Source: the human T2T-CHM13v2.0 reference genome, Homo sapiens. From it: a stretch of 64,000 nucleotides of DNA. The notes under the pieces were generated by a model, which saw nothing but the letters and a program-made list of their open reading frames with translations, did not search any database and had not been told where the DNA came from. The translations under genes were made by a program, and so were the position numbers. The DNA lies in NCBI RefSeq assembly GCF_009914755.1, contig NC_060926.1. One strand, 5' to 3'. This document shows positions 13,866 through 30,278 of the stretch, one piece after another (within the stretch, counting starts at the first letter, position 1; the number at the start of each line of letters is the position of its first letter).

Positions 13866-14215
13866 TGTATTAGTGCATTTTCAGGCTGCCAATAAAGACA
13901 AACAGGAGAATGGGCAATTTATAAAGAAAGACGTTTATTGAATTTACAGTTCCACTTGGCTGGGGAGGCCAAACAATCACGTTGGAAGGCAAGGAGGATT
14001 AAGTTACATCTTATGTGGATAAGGGCAGACAAAGAGAGGATTTGTCAGGGAAACTCCCTCTTATAATACCATCAGATCTCGTGAAACTTTGTTATCACGA
14101 GAACAGCATGGGAAAGACCTATCTCCATGATTCAATTACCTCTCACTGAGTCCCTCCCACAACACATAGAAATTCAAGATGAGATTTGGTTGGGGACACA
14201 GCCAAACCATATAAC
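13866..14215 (-). mobile_element. THE1 (MaLR) solo LTR inserted in L1 ORF1
   Basis: Ends ...caagatgagatttggttggggacacagccaaaccatat, the reverse complement of the THE1 5' end. Imperfect TSD gggag/ggggt. Confidence 0.9.
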
Positions 14216-15734
14216 GGGGTTTGGCTCTAAACATCATGAGGTAGTCAGTCTCCTTTGGTTTAAATCTACTGGGTATTCTATAACCTTCTTGTGCTTGGAT
14301 TTGATATTTTTCTTTAGGTTTGGGAAATTTTTTGTTATTATTGCTTCGAATAAACTTTCTACACCTATCCCTTTCTCTACTTTCTCTTTAAAGCCAACAA
14401 CTCTTAGATTTGCCCTTTGGGGTTATTTTCTAGTTCCTGTAGGTATGCTTCATTATTTTTTATTCTTTATTCTTTTTTTCTTCTTTGACCATGTATTGTC
14501 ATGCAGCCTGTCTTCAATCTCACTGATTCTTCTGCTTGATCAATTCTGCTATTAAAAGACTCTGATGCATTCTTCAGTATGTCAGTTGCATTTTTCACCT
14601 CCAGGATTTTGACTTGATTCTTTTTAATTGTTTCAATTTCTGTGTTAAATTTATGTAATAGAATTCTGAATTCCTTCTCTGAGTTATAATGAATTTCTTT
14701 GAATTTCCTGAACACAGCTATTTTGAATTTTCTGTCTGAAAGGTCACATATCTCTCTTTCTCCAGAATTGGTCCCTGGTGCCTCGTTGACCTCATTTGGT
14801 GACGTCATATTTTCTTGAATTGTCTTGATAATTGTGGATGTTCATCTGTGTCTAGACATTGAAGAGTCAGATATTTGTTGTAGTCTTTGCAGTCTGGGCT
14901 TATTTGCACCTGTCCTACTTTGGGAAGCTTTCCAGGTATCCAAAAGGACTTAGGTGTTGTAATCTAACTCACATCTGCATTAGGGGGCATCCCAAGCTGA
15001 GTAATGCTGTGGCACTTAAAGACTTGTAGAGGCACAACCTTGGTGGTCTTGAATAAGATCTTGATGAACTCTCTGGATTATCAGGCAGAGACTCTCTCTT
15101 CCCTTACTTCCTTTCAAGCAAACGGAGTGTCTCTCACTTTTCTCAGCTGCATGGATCTGGTAGTAGGCTGACACAAGCATCCCTGTGGCCACCATCACTG
15201 GGGCTATGATGGGTCAGACCTGAAGCCAGCAGAGCACTGAGTCTTGCCCAAGGCCTAAAGTAACTACTACCTGGCTACCACCTAAGTTTTCTCAAATCCA
15301 TGATCTTTGCCCATTTTAAATTGGGCTATTTTTCTTTGTATTATTGAGTAGTTAGAGCTCCTAATATTCTCTGCACAAGTTTCTTGTCAGACATATAATT
15401 TGCAAATATTTTTTCTCACTTCTTAATTTGTCTTTTTACTTTAGTAATGGTGACCTTTAAACAGCAAAACTTTTTCAAAAAACTGTTATGAACTACATGT
15501 CTATTTTTATCTTGTTTTTGGTGTCATATCTAAGAAACTATTATCTAATCTAAGGTAATTAAAATGTATAACAATGTTCTATGTAAGAGTTTTATGGTTT
15601 TAGCTCTTATAATTGGGTCTTTGGTCTATTTCAAGTCTATTTTTACATATTGTGCAATGTAGGATTCCACTTCATTCTTTCACGTGTGGCCATCCAGTAG
15701 TCCCAGCATCATTTATGGAAAAGACTATTCTTTT

Positions 15735-16024
15735 TTACTGAGAGGGAGTCTCGCTCTGTCTCTCAGTCAAGAGTACAGTGGCACAATCTCGGCTCACTGC
15801 AACCTCCACCTCCCAGGTTCAAGTGATTCTCCTGCCTTAACCTACTGAGTAGCTGGGATTACAGGTGTACACAACTGCGCCTAGCTAATTTTTGTATTTT
15901 TAGTAGAGACGGGGTTTCACCATGTTGGCCAGGCTGTTCTTGGACTCCTGACCTCAGGTGATCCTCCACCTGCCTCAGCTTCCCAAAATGTAGGGATTAC
16001 TGGCGTGAGCCACCAGGCCCAGCC
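15735..16024 (-). mobile_element. AluS, full length
   Basis: Dimeric Alu. TSD agactattctttt at 15722-15734 and 16025-16037. Confidence 0.95.
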
Positions 16025-17109
16025 AGACTATTCTTTTATACACTGAATTGTCTTGTACCCTTGTTGAAAATGAATTGACCAAATATTAATAGGTTTATCT
16101 TGCACTGCCACTCCTATTCTATTGATTGATATATGTTTATCCATATGCCAGTATCTCACTGTCATGTTTATGGCTAATTAATAGTTGTGAAAAAGAAGGT
16201 GTGCATCCTTTGACCTTGTTCCTTTTCAAACATTTTTGTCTATTGTGTTTTCCTTGTGTTTCTATCTATACTTTAGGATCAGTTTGTCAACTTCTCCCAA
16301 AAAAGCAAAAATAATTTTGATATGGATTGTGCTGAATCTTTAACTCAATTTATGGAGCATTGCCATCTTAATAATATCTGGTTTTCTGATCTGTTGACAC
16401 AGAATGTCCTTCTATTTATTTAAGTCTTCTTTATTTCTTTTAGTAATATTTTGCAGTTTCTGTTGCATGTATTATTTCCTTTTTTAATTAAATTTATTTC
16501 TAGATATTCTATTTTATTTGATGCTATTTTAAGTTGCACTGTTTAATTTTATTTTGCACAGTTCACTGTTAGTGTATATAACCATAATTAATTTTTGTGT
16601 ATTTATCATGTATTCTGTAACTTTTCTGGCTCATTTATTAGTTCTAACAATTTTCTATTTTTTTCTTTTTTTTTAGAATTTGTTATATACAAGATTATGT
16701 CATCTGTAAATAGTTTTACTTATTTCATTCTAATATTAATGTTATTTATCTGTATTTGCTGCATATTTCTCTGGATAAACCTTTAGTAAAATATTGAACA
16801 GAAGTGTCCAAAGCAGATAACGTAGTTTTGTTTCTGATCTTAGAAGGAATGCTTTAAGTCTTTCAGTGATGTTAGGTCAGAGTTTATCATAGAGGCCTTT
16901 TGTCATAGTGAGAAAATTCCCTTCTTCCTAGGTTCTTGAGTACTTTCAGCATTAATGTGTTTAGATTTTGTCAAATACGTTTTCTGCACCTATTGACATG
17001 ATCATATGGGTTTGATCTGTCTTTTATTATATTTATATGGTATTTTAAATGGATTGATTTTCGTATGTACTTGGCCATAGTATAAAATTAATATGGCTAA
17101 ATTTGGGGG

Positions 17110-20100
17110 GGTTTTTATATTGCTTTTCGGTAAGTTTTAAGAATTTGATATATATGTATATATATATAATGCATAATGATCAAATCAGGGTATTTAGGAT
17201 ATCCATCACCTCAAGTATTTATTTCTATGTGTTAGGAACATTTCAAGTCATCTCCTCCAGCTATTTTGAATATGCGAAACATTGCTGTTAACTGTAGTTA
17301 TAGTTCACTATTCTGGTAGTGAACACTGGAACTTATTATTTCTATTTAACTTTACATTTATACCCATTAACCAACCTCTCTTAATCCCTTCCCCATGACA
17401 CACACACCCTTTCTATCCTCTGGTAACTCTCCATCTATTCTCTTTTGGAGGTACAAGAAGCACTATGCTTCTTGTACCTCCAAAAGATAATTTTTTTTTT
17501 TTTAGTTCCCACATATGAGTAAGAACATGAGATACTTGTCTTTATCCACCTGGCTTATTTCACTTGACATAATGACCTCCAGTTTCATTCATGTTGCTGT
17601 AAATGACAGTATTTTATTCTTCTTAATGGCTGAGTAGTATTAAATTGTCTATATATACCACATTTTCTTTTTTCATTTATCCATTGATGGTCATGTAGAT
17701 TAATCACACATCTTTACTATTGTAAATAGTGCTGCAATAAACACGGTGGTGCAGTTATTCCTTTGATGTACTGATTTTCTTGTTTTATACAAATATCCAG
17801 TAGTGGGAATACTGGATCATATGGTAGTTCTCTTTTCAGGTGTTTTTGTTTTTTGCTTTTTTGTTTTGTTTTGTTTGGAGAAATCTCCATACTGGCTCTA
17901 CTAATTTGCATTCCCACCAACAGTGTATAAGAATTCCCTTTTTCTACATCTTCTAGAATCTGTTTTTGTGTGTGTGTGTATTTTTGATAATGGTCATTCT
18001 AACTAGAGTAAGACGATATCTCATCACAGTTTTCATTTACATTTCCCCAATGATTAGTGATACTGAGCATTTTTAAATATACATGTTAGCTATTTGCATG
18101 CTTTTTTCGAGAAATGCTTCTGTCTTGTGCCCATTTTTTAATGGGATTATTAGTTATTTTGCTGTGGAGTTCTTCTGAGTTCCTTGTACATTCTGGATAT
18201 TAGTTCCTTGATGAATATATAGTTTGAAAATATTTTCTTTCACTTAACAGGTTATCTCTTTACTCTATTGGTTGTTTGTTTTGCTGTGCAGAGGCTTTCT
18301 AGTTTAATATATTCCCATTTGTATATTTTTGCTTTTATTGCCTGTACTTTGATGTTTTCGCCATAAATTTTCCTAGACCAATATTCTGAAATGTTTTCTC
18401 TATTTTCTTCTAGTAGTCATTGGATAGTTTTAGATCTTATGTTTACATCATTATATCATTTTGAGTTGATTTTGTGTATGTGAGAGATAAGAGTCTGGTT
18501 TCTTTCTTCTGTATATGAATATTCTGTTTTCTCAGCACTATTTATTGAAGAAGATATCTGAAGAAGGTATCTATTCTGCAATGAATGTTCTTGGTGCCTA
18601 TTTTGAAAATCAGTCAGCTCTGAATACATGTATTTATTTTTGGATTCTCTATTTTGTTCCATTGGTCTAGGTGTCTATTTTTATACCAATAGCATGTTGT
18701 TTTGGTGAATACAACCTTGTAATATATTTTGAAGTCAGGTAGTGTGATGCTTCTAGCTTTGTTCTTTTCTGCTCAAGATTGTTCTGGCTATTTGGACTCT
18801 GTTTTAGTTTCATACACTTTTCAGAATTTTTTATTTCTATTTCTGTGAAAAATGGCATTGGTATTTTCCTAGGGATTATACTGAATCTGTAGATTTATTA
18901 AGGTAGTATGGTCATTTTAACAATATTAATTCTTCTGATCTATGAGCATGATATGTATTTCCATTTGTTTGTGTCATGTTCAAATTTTTTTCATCAGTGT
19001 TTTTTAGTTTTCCTTTTAGAAGTTTTTTAAATTTTTTTTAATTATTTTTTTATTTTTTACCTCTGATAGAATTTGGATATTTGACACCTCCAAATCTCAT
19101 GTTGAAATTTGATCCCCAATGTTGGGGGTGGAACCTGATGAGTGGTGTTTGGGTCATGGCGGTGGACCCCTCATGAATGGCTTGGTGCCATTCTCATGAC
19201 AGTGGGTGAGTTCTCAGTCTTAGTTTTTGCAAAGTCTCACTGTAAAAAAAAAAACAAAAATAAAAAATAAAAAAATAAAAAGAGAGAGAGAGCCTGGCAA
19301 CTCCCTCCTCCCTCTCTTTCTTCCTCTTTTACCATGTAATGCCTGTCCCCCTCCCCCTTCTCCCAAGAGTGGAAGAGTGGAAACTTCCTGATTCCCTCAC
19401 CAGAAGCTAATCCTGGCACTATGCTTCTTGTACAGCCTGAAGAACCAAATGAACATTTTTGTCTTTATAAATTATTCAACCTCAGGTAGCACCTTATAGC
19501 AATGCAAACATACTAACCCCACTTCCTTTGTTAAATTTATTTATAGATTTTTATAGCTACATAAAATGCCTTCCTGATATCAGCTAATTCATTATTGGTT
19601 TATAGAAACCCTACTGATTTTTGTATGCTGATTTTGTATCCCTCAACTTTATTGAATTTGTTTATGATTACTAAGATATTATCATGGAGTCTTCAGATCT
19701 TTCTAAATATAAGATCATGTTGTCTGCTGAGAAACAATGCGACTTCCTCTTTTCCAATTTGGATGTCTTTTATTTCTTTATCTTGCCTGGTTGCTCTGAC
19801 TAGGAATTCTGGTACTATGTCAGATAAGAGCGGTGAAAGTGGACATCCTTGTCCTTTCCAGTTATTAGAGAAAAGGCTTTCAGCTTTTCTCCATTTAGCA
19901 TCTTATTAGCCGTAGGTTTATCATTTATGGCCTTTATTATTTTGAGGTATGTTTCTTCTATGTCTAGTTTCTTGAAAGTTTTTATCATATAGAGATGTGA
20001 TCGTATGGTTTTTGTCTATCATTCTATTGATGTGATGTATCACATTTATGTATTTGAATATGTCTAACAAGTCTTGCATCGCTAAGATAAATATTTCATC

Positions 20101-23100
20101 ATGGTGTATTATCTTTTTGACATGTTGTTAGATTTCGTCTGCATGTATTTTGCTGAGGATTTTTGTGTCTATGTTAATTAGGGATATTAGCTTGTGGTTT
20201 TTTAAGTTCTTTTTTTTATTATTGTGTTCTTGTCTGCTTTTGATTTCAAGGTAATGATGGCCTCATAGCACGAGCTAGGAAGAACTGCCTCCTTTTCAAT
20301 TTTGTTTGAATAGTTTGAGAAAAGTTGTTGTTAATTATTATTTGTAGTTTTGTAGAATTTGTCAGCACAGCCATCTGATACTAGGCTTTACTTTGTTGGA
20401 AAACATTTTATTACTGATTCAATCTTGTTACTGGTTTGTTCAGGTTTTCTATTTCTTCTCAATTCGGTTTTGATAGGTTGTATGTGTTCAGGAATTTATT
20501 CATTTCCTCTAGGTTTTCCAGTTTGTTAGTATATAGTTGCTTATAATAGTCTATGATTATCATTTGTATTTCTGTGGTATCAGTTGTTATATCTAGTGTT
20601 TCATTTCTGATTTTGTTTATTTGAGTCTTCTTCCTTTTTTCCTTGGTTAGTGTAGCAACATTATCTTTAAATAAAACAATTTTTCATTTTGTCATTTCTA
20701 TTTTTTACTCTTTAATTTATTTAGTTCTTCTCTGATTATTATTTTTTTTTTAATTCTACTAATTTGGGGTTTGGTTTCATTTTACTTTTCCAGTTCCTTG
20801 AGGTGCATTGTTATATTCTTTATTTGAAATGTTTCTACTTTTTTGATGTATGCATTTATTGCTATAAACTTCTCTCTTAGAACAGCTTTGGCAATATTTC
20901 ATAGGTTTGTTTCCCTTTTCGTTTGTTTCAAAATATTTTTAATCTTTTCATTTACCAGTGAGTGTTCAAGACTATTTTTTAAAATTTCATATATTTGTAC
21001 AGTTTCCAAAATCCCTCTTGTTATTGATTTCTAGTTTTATTCCATTGTGGTCTGAGAAGATATTTGATATGGTTTTGAGTTTTAGAAATGTGTCCAGACT
21101 TGTTTTGTTTCCTAATATAAGATTCTATCCTGAATAATTTTTCGTGTACTGATGAGAAGAATGCATATTCTGCAGCTTTGGAGAAAACATTCCGTATATG
21201 CCTGTTAGGCCCATTTGTTCTAAAATGTGGCTGAAATTTAATGTTTCTTTGCTTATTTTCTGTCTAGATGATTTTTCTCTTGTTAAGCACAGAGTGTTGA
21301 AGTCCTCAACTATTATTGTATTGAGTCTATTTCTCCCTTTAGATCTACTAATATTCTTTATAGATCTATGTGCTCCAGTGCTGGGTGCATACATATTTAT
21401 AATTATTATACCCTCTTGTTGAATTGCTCCCTTATAGGTCAATACATTATTATATAATAACCTTCATTATCTTTTTTTTTTTTTTTTGCTATTTTTAACT
21501 TAAAGTATGTTTTTCTTCTGGTATAAATATAGCTAGTTTTTCTCACTTTTGGTTTCTCTTTATGTGGAAGCATATATATCCCTTTTCTTGCAGTCTAAAT
21601 GTGTTCTTATAGATTAAATGAGTTTCTTGTTGGCAACATATAATTGGGTCTTGTGAGTTTTTTTTGTGCTTTTTTTTGGTGGTGTTTTCTGTTTTTTAAA
21701 TCCGTTCAGCTAGTCTGTGCATTTTAAGTGGAAAATTTAGTCCATTTAAACCCAAGGTTATTATTATGTTAGGTTATTATTAATATGTTAACATATTATT
21801 AATATGTTAGGATTTATTCCTGTCATTATGTTCATTGTTGCCTGATTGAATTGTATATCCTTTGTTGCTTTCTTTGTCTCTTATTGTTTATTATTGTGGC
21901 TTTCTGTAGCAGGAACATATAAATCCTGTCACTTCATTTCTGTGTTTGCTGTATCAGTGAGTTTTATACTTTCAAGTGTTTTTATGATGGTAGATAATTC
22001 TTTCACCTCCAGGTGTAGGACACCCTTAAGAATTTCTTATAGGGCCAGTCTAGTGGTTATAAATTGCTTAGCTTTTGCTTGTCTAAGAAAAACTTTATTT
22101 CTCCTTTGTTTCTGAAGTAAAACTTTGTTGGGTATAGTATTCTTGGCCGACAGTCTTTTTTTTTCTGGCACTTTGAAAATATCATTCCATTCTCTCCTAT
22201 CCTGTAAGATTTTTACTGACAATTCCACTATTAATCTGAATTGGTTTCCCTTATATGTGACTAAACAGTTTTCTCTTGCTTTGTTTTAGAATTCTCTCTC
22301 TCTCCATCTCTCTCATCTATCTATTCCTCTCTTTCTTACTTTGAACAGCTTGAGTATAATGTGCCATGGAGAAGAGATTTTTGGATTGCATGCATTTTGA
22401 GATCTCTGAGCTTCCAGTATCTGGATGGCTAAATCTCATGGTAGACTTGGGAACTTTTTGGCTATTATTTCATTAAGTAGGTTTTTTATGTTCCTTTAGT
22501 CCCTTCACTTTCTGGAACAAAATTTGTATATTTGATTGCTTTGTGGTGTTGTATATGTCATATAGGTTTTGTTCATTCTTTTTAATTATTTTTTCTTTAT
22601 ATCTTATTGGGTCATTTCAAAAGATCGGTCTTCAAGTTCTAAAATTTGTTCTTTTGCTTGTTCTAGTCTAATGTTGAAGTCTGCAAAGAGTTTGCTCATT
22701 TTACTTTTTGAATTCTTCAGTTCTAGAGTTTATATTTTTTAATGATCTCTAGCTCCCTGGTGAATTCCTCAGTAATATCTTCTATTGTTTTTCTGATTTA
22801 TTTTTTATTGGTGTTGTATTTGTCTCACTGAACTTCTTTAATAACATTATTTTGAATTCTTTTTCTGGGATTTATACATTTCTTTTTCATTGGTATCTGC
22901 TGCTGGATAATTATTCTGTTTCTTTGGAGGTATTATATTTCCTTTATTTCATGTTTGTTGTGTTCTTGCATTAATACCTGTGCATCTGGTATAAGAGTTA
23001 CTTCTTCAAATTTTTTGCATTGGCTTTCATAAGGGAAGAATTTTTTCTAAATATGCATCTTGGTGTTTATTGGGTAGGACATTTTAGTTTTGATTCTGGT

Positions 23101-24715
23101 GCATGCAGTAGTGTAGTCACCATATCATTTTTTCAACTCTAAGTGTTCTAACTAGTGTCTGTGATTCCCTTAGTGTCTTAGGCTATAGTTGTTAGTAGTA
23201 ATTTGGGTGAGGTTTTGCTGGGAATGGAGACATCAGGTTGGTCAGTCTTTGGGCCTCAGTGGTGGCAGTTGTGGGCTTAGCGTGCTTGCCTTTAGGACTC
23301 ATGTTGGTGTACTCAGGCACTGGTGTTAGTGGGTCCAAATGGGCTAAATCTGGAGCCACCAGGTCTCTTTCTCTGGTGCCAGCAATTGAAGCAGTGGGTA
23401 AGGTGAATGAACTGGTTCTTGGTACTTTGGGTAACATTGGCAATGGCAGTAGAGGCGGCAGGACAACTTTTGGGCCATGAAGTCAAATAATGGTGTTAGT
23501 AGTACTGCAATGGGCTTTGAGCCAGTCCTCATTCTCCCAGGTGGCACATTTGGGTGGGTGCCAGCTGTGGTGTTAGCAGTAGACTAAATAAGCCTATTCT
23601 CTGGCTCTCTGGGGGAGTGCATGATGCCAGTGGTGCATGCACAGGGTGGAGTAATCCCCAAGTCCCTGAACTGTATGCTCAGGCACTCAGTGGAGGTCAA
23701 TGTCAGGCCAGGCAGGCTGTGATGGAGAGGGCAGGGTGATATCTCAGCCCCCTGGAGGAGTGCTTAAGTGGCTGCAGCAGCAGCAGTGGTGGGCAAGGGG
23801 AAGCCTATCCACAGGGCACATGCAAGTGAGCTGTGGCTCTCCCCCGATTGGAGAGTAAAATTGCTGACAATAACTGCAGCCACAGGCATATAATTGTAAA
23901 GCTCTGGGGTGTATACTTCAGCTCTCAGTGGTAGCAGTAGTGGCTGTGAAGGGCAGCAGCAGAGCATGACCTCAGAGTGTCTGTGTGATACCACCACTGC
24001 TGGGAGTGCAGGTTGCTGTCTGTGCCAGCTGTCCCAGGTAACTATTCTCAGGTTCTAGGACACACTTTGGCTCCTTTTGTCCTGGCATAAGCCTCCTTTG
24101 TGCACTGCACTGCCCATTTCTCAAGGTACAGTACCCTGTGTTTACTAGATTGCTGAAGACCTTGCCATTCTGCCTGGTCTGACTAGTGCCACACAATTGG
24201 AGCCCATTGGGTGAATTTGAGAGAAATGGCAGTGGGGCTCCAGGGATGTGGAGATGTAAGGGTTATTTGGCTCTATGGAAGAATGCCGTCTCATGCAGAC
24301 TGGCTTTCAAAATGGCAGTGTGTTGCAACTGCTTAGGCCCTGGGAGGTATGTGAGACCTGGTGCGAGCTCCTTCTCTGGAGAAAAGCCATAATACAGTCT
24401 CCAGGTTATTCTCAGGGCCTGCTAGGGATTACTTTATGGCTAGGGTTGCAGGAGTGCATGGTGGGAATGTAAACTGCCAGGTATCGCTCAATTTCCCTTT
24501 CTTTGCATGGGGAACCTCTCTAGGCTCCCAGCCAATTACAGCGAAGTTGGCTACCTACCTTCTTTCTCCTTCCATGATTCAGGTGTTTCCTGTCAATTTT
24601 CTGTTACATTCAGTGTTCTTTCAGATGCTCTATTTGAAGTGTGATTACTTACTTGTTGTTTTGGTTCTTCTTTGTGAAGGAGGTATTGTATGCCTCCAGT
24701 CAACCATCTGAAGTC
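17110..24715 (-). mobile_element. Near-full-length L1MA (L1MA4/5-like), inactive
   Basis: L1MA-type 3' end (gatcaaatcagggtatttaggatatccatcacctc). ORF2 remnants (ORFs 17717-17920, 18667-18858, 21125-21442). ORF1 remnant (22037-22228, ...QDRREWNDIFKV...). GC-richer 5' UTR at ~23100-24715 ending gcctccagtcaaccatct. Confidence 0.85.
19064..19520 (+). mobile_element. MSTB-type (MaLR) solo LTR inside the L1MA
   Basis: tgatagaatttggatatttgacacctccaaatctcatgttgaaatttgatcccc... 5-bp TSD acctc (19059-19063) / acttc (19521-19525). Confidence 0.88.
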
Positions 24716-25116
24716 CCTTTCTCTTCTATTTTTGGGGAAGAGTTTGCATAATTTTTTGTCTCATTCCTCTTTAAATATTTGCTAGAATTAACAAATAAAG
24801 ACATCTTGACCTTGGATTTTCTTTTTGAATAGTTTTTTTTTCTTAAATACTAATTCAATCTATTTGCTTGTTATATTTTACTCAGCAGCAATACACTGTT
24901 ACATCTTATTGGGCTCAGTAGTTTATGTCTATAAATTTGTCAATTTCATCTAGGTTGCCTATTAGCACACAATTGGTATGTTAATGGTATTCCTTTACAG
25001 TCTTTTTTAATTCTCTAAGATCAGTAGTAATTACCCCTTTTTTACTGCTGTATTTATTTATTTAGTCTTCATTCTGAGCACTGCTGATTTTAGTAATTTG
25101 AATTCCCTGTCTTTTT

Positions 25117-25434
25117 GTGTTGGGGGTGAGCAGGATCATGCTCTGTTGCCCAGGCTGGAGAAACAGTCAGGGCTCACTGCAGCCTCAACCTCCTGGGCTC
25201 ATGTGATCCTCCTATTTCAGCCTCCCAAGTAGCTGGGGTCAAAGGTGCACATCACCTGTGTGCACCTGGCTAATGTTTTAATTAACATAACTGGCTAATG
25301 TTTTTGAAGTGTTTTGGTAAGATAGGGTCTTATTATGTTGCTCAGGCCAGTCTCAAACACCTGGGTTCAAGTGATCCACCTACCTTGGCCTCTTAAAATG
25401 CTGGGATTACAGGTGTGAGCCACCATACCTGGCC
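25117..25434 (-). mobile_element. AluJ (Jo-like)
   Basis: gctcactgcagcctcaacctcctgggctca is J-diagnostic. TSD cctgtcttttt at 25106-25116 and 25436-25446. Confidence 0.92.
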
Positions 25435-26130
25435 TCCTGTCTTTTTAACTTGATCAATCTAGCTATAAGTTTGTCAGTTTATGAATACTTTAAAATATAC
25501 TTTAAATATTTGTTGATGTTCTTTATTTTGACAAATTCTCTATTTTTCTATTCTTTATTTTCAATTTTTTTCTATCCTCTCTTTCATTATATACACTCTA
25601 ATTATTTTTATTTTCTTCCTTCTGCTTGCTTTGGTTTACTTTGCTCTTTTTCTAGTTCCCTAAGGTGGAAGTTTTTCTTATTTATTTGAGATATGTTTTT
25701 AAAATACAGTTATTTCCAGCTAGCAAATCATATCAAGGCATTGAGTTAAATGAATTAAATAAAATTTGGTATGTTGTGTTTTTCTTTTTTATGTATCTTT
25801 TATAATTTTTTCTGTGATCTCTTTTTTGTTCTATTAGCTATTTGGGGGCAGAGTGTTGTTTAATTTCCATATATTGGTAACTTTCCCAAATGTTATTTTT
25901 CTATTATTAATAACCAGTTTCATTTCATTGTTGTTAGTGAATATATTTCATGTGATTTTTATTCCTTAAATTTATTGAGACTTGTTTTATATACGATCAT
26001 TTGGCCTATTCTAAAATATTTTTAATGTGCCCTTGAGAAGAATGTGTATTCTGCTATTGTGAACGTAATATTTTTTAGATGCCTGTTACATGTACTAGGT
26101 TTATGATATTGATCAAGGCTTCCATTTTCT

Positions 26131-26450
<320 letters not shown>

Positions 26451-26944
26451 AAGGCTTCTATTTTCTAGCTGATCTTCTGAATAGTCATTCTATCAATTGT
26501 TGAAAGTAAGTGAAGTTTCTAACTACTATTGTTGAATAATCTGTCTTTCAATTCTCCCACTTTATGCTTTATTTATTTTGGAGCTCTGTTGAGAGATGCA
26601 TTTTTTTATAACTGTTAATCTTCTTGATAAGGTGACACTTTTATCACTGTAGAATGTCTTATCTTTAGTGTCAATTTTCCGTATTTGGAGTTCATTGAGC
26701 TTCTAAGATCTCATTATGTGAATGTTGGTAGACTTGACGTTATTTCACAGACCTTTGAGAATTTGTTCATTTTTCTTTATTCTTTTCCCATCGACTCCTT
26801 ACAGCAGATAATGTTAATGGTTCCTTTTTCAAATTTGCTAATACTTTCTTCTACCAGATCAAATCTTCCTTTGAACCACTCTAGTGAATTCTTCATTTGA
26901 GTTATTCTAATTTTCAACTCTAGAACTTATTATTTTTGTTGTAT

Positions 26945-27018
26945 TATACATATATGTAATATTTATACATATACACATATACATACACATATATACATGC
27001 ACACACATACACACACAT
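26945..27018. repeat. (TA)/(CA) microsatellite
   Basis: tatacatatatg...atacacatatacatacacat...cacacacac. Confidence 0.8.
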
Positions 27019-27107
27019 TCTACTTTTTTTGTATTCTATTTGGTAAGACATTGTTCTCACACTATGCCTTAATTCCATAGACATGGCAATGGTTACTTTC
27101 AATTTTA

Positions 27108-29633
<2,526 letters not shown>

Positions 29634-30278
29634 ATGGTCATATTTGTAATAGCTGATTTAAAGTGTTTGTCTAGCAATCATAATGTCTAGGATTTTTTAG
29701 AAACAAATTCTAGTAGTAATACTTTCCTATACCTTTCCATGTAATTTTTAGTTAAAAAATTGGACTTTGAAAATAATATACAAAAAACTCTGGAAGTCAT
29801 TTCACTTCATTCCCAGGGCTTGTTTTTGTTATTGTTGTTGTTATTGTGACTATTTGTTTAGTGTCTTTTCTTAATGAATTATTTAGAACATATATTTTTT
29901 TGTCAGATAAGGCCACTAACGTACATGCTTGGTTAGCTGCAGGTTTAAACAATTGCTGCTGATTATTTTTTATAAATGCCATAGGGAAAGGTTGTTCTCC
30001 ATGAGTAAGTTCTGAGTCAGGCTAAATAAAGAAAAGCCTAATAGAGAGATTTCCCAGAGAACTGCCAAACAGGTCAAATACTCACAGCTCTTTAGGGATG
30101 GGGTTTATAGGTAGCTTCAAATCTATTATGCTCTTTTAAGTAACTGCTAGCCCACAACCTTTCATAGTTACTTTAATTGTGAAACTGTTGGTTTTTAAAA
30201 TTATCATAAAGCTGAGAAAAGAAGGATGGTAATAAGATTAAAACTTCACAAAGTTTTTTGTTCTTACCAAGATTCACC

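Noticed and set aside
23100-24715. GC-richer, ORF-dense stretch as a possible gene or CpG island
   Set aside because: It is CpG-depleted and occupies the 5' UTR position of the near-full-length L1MA.
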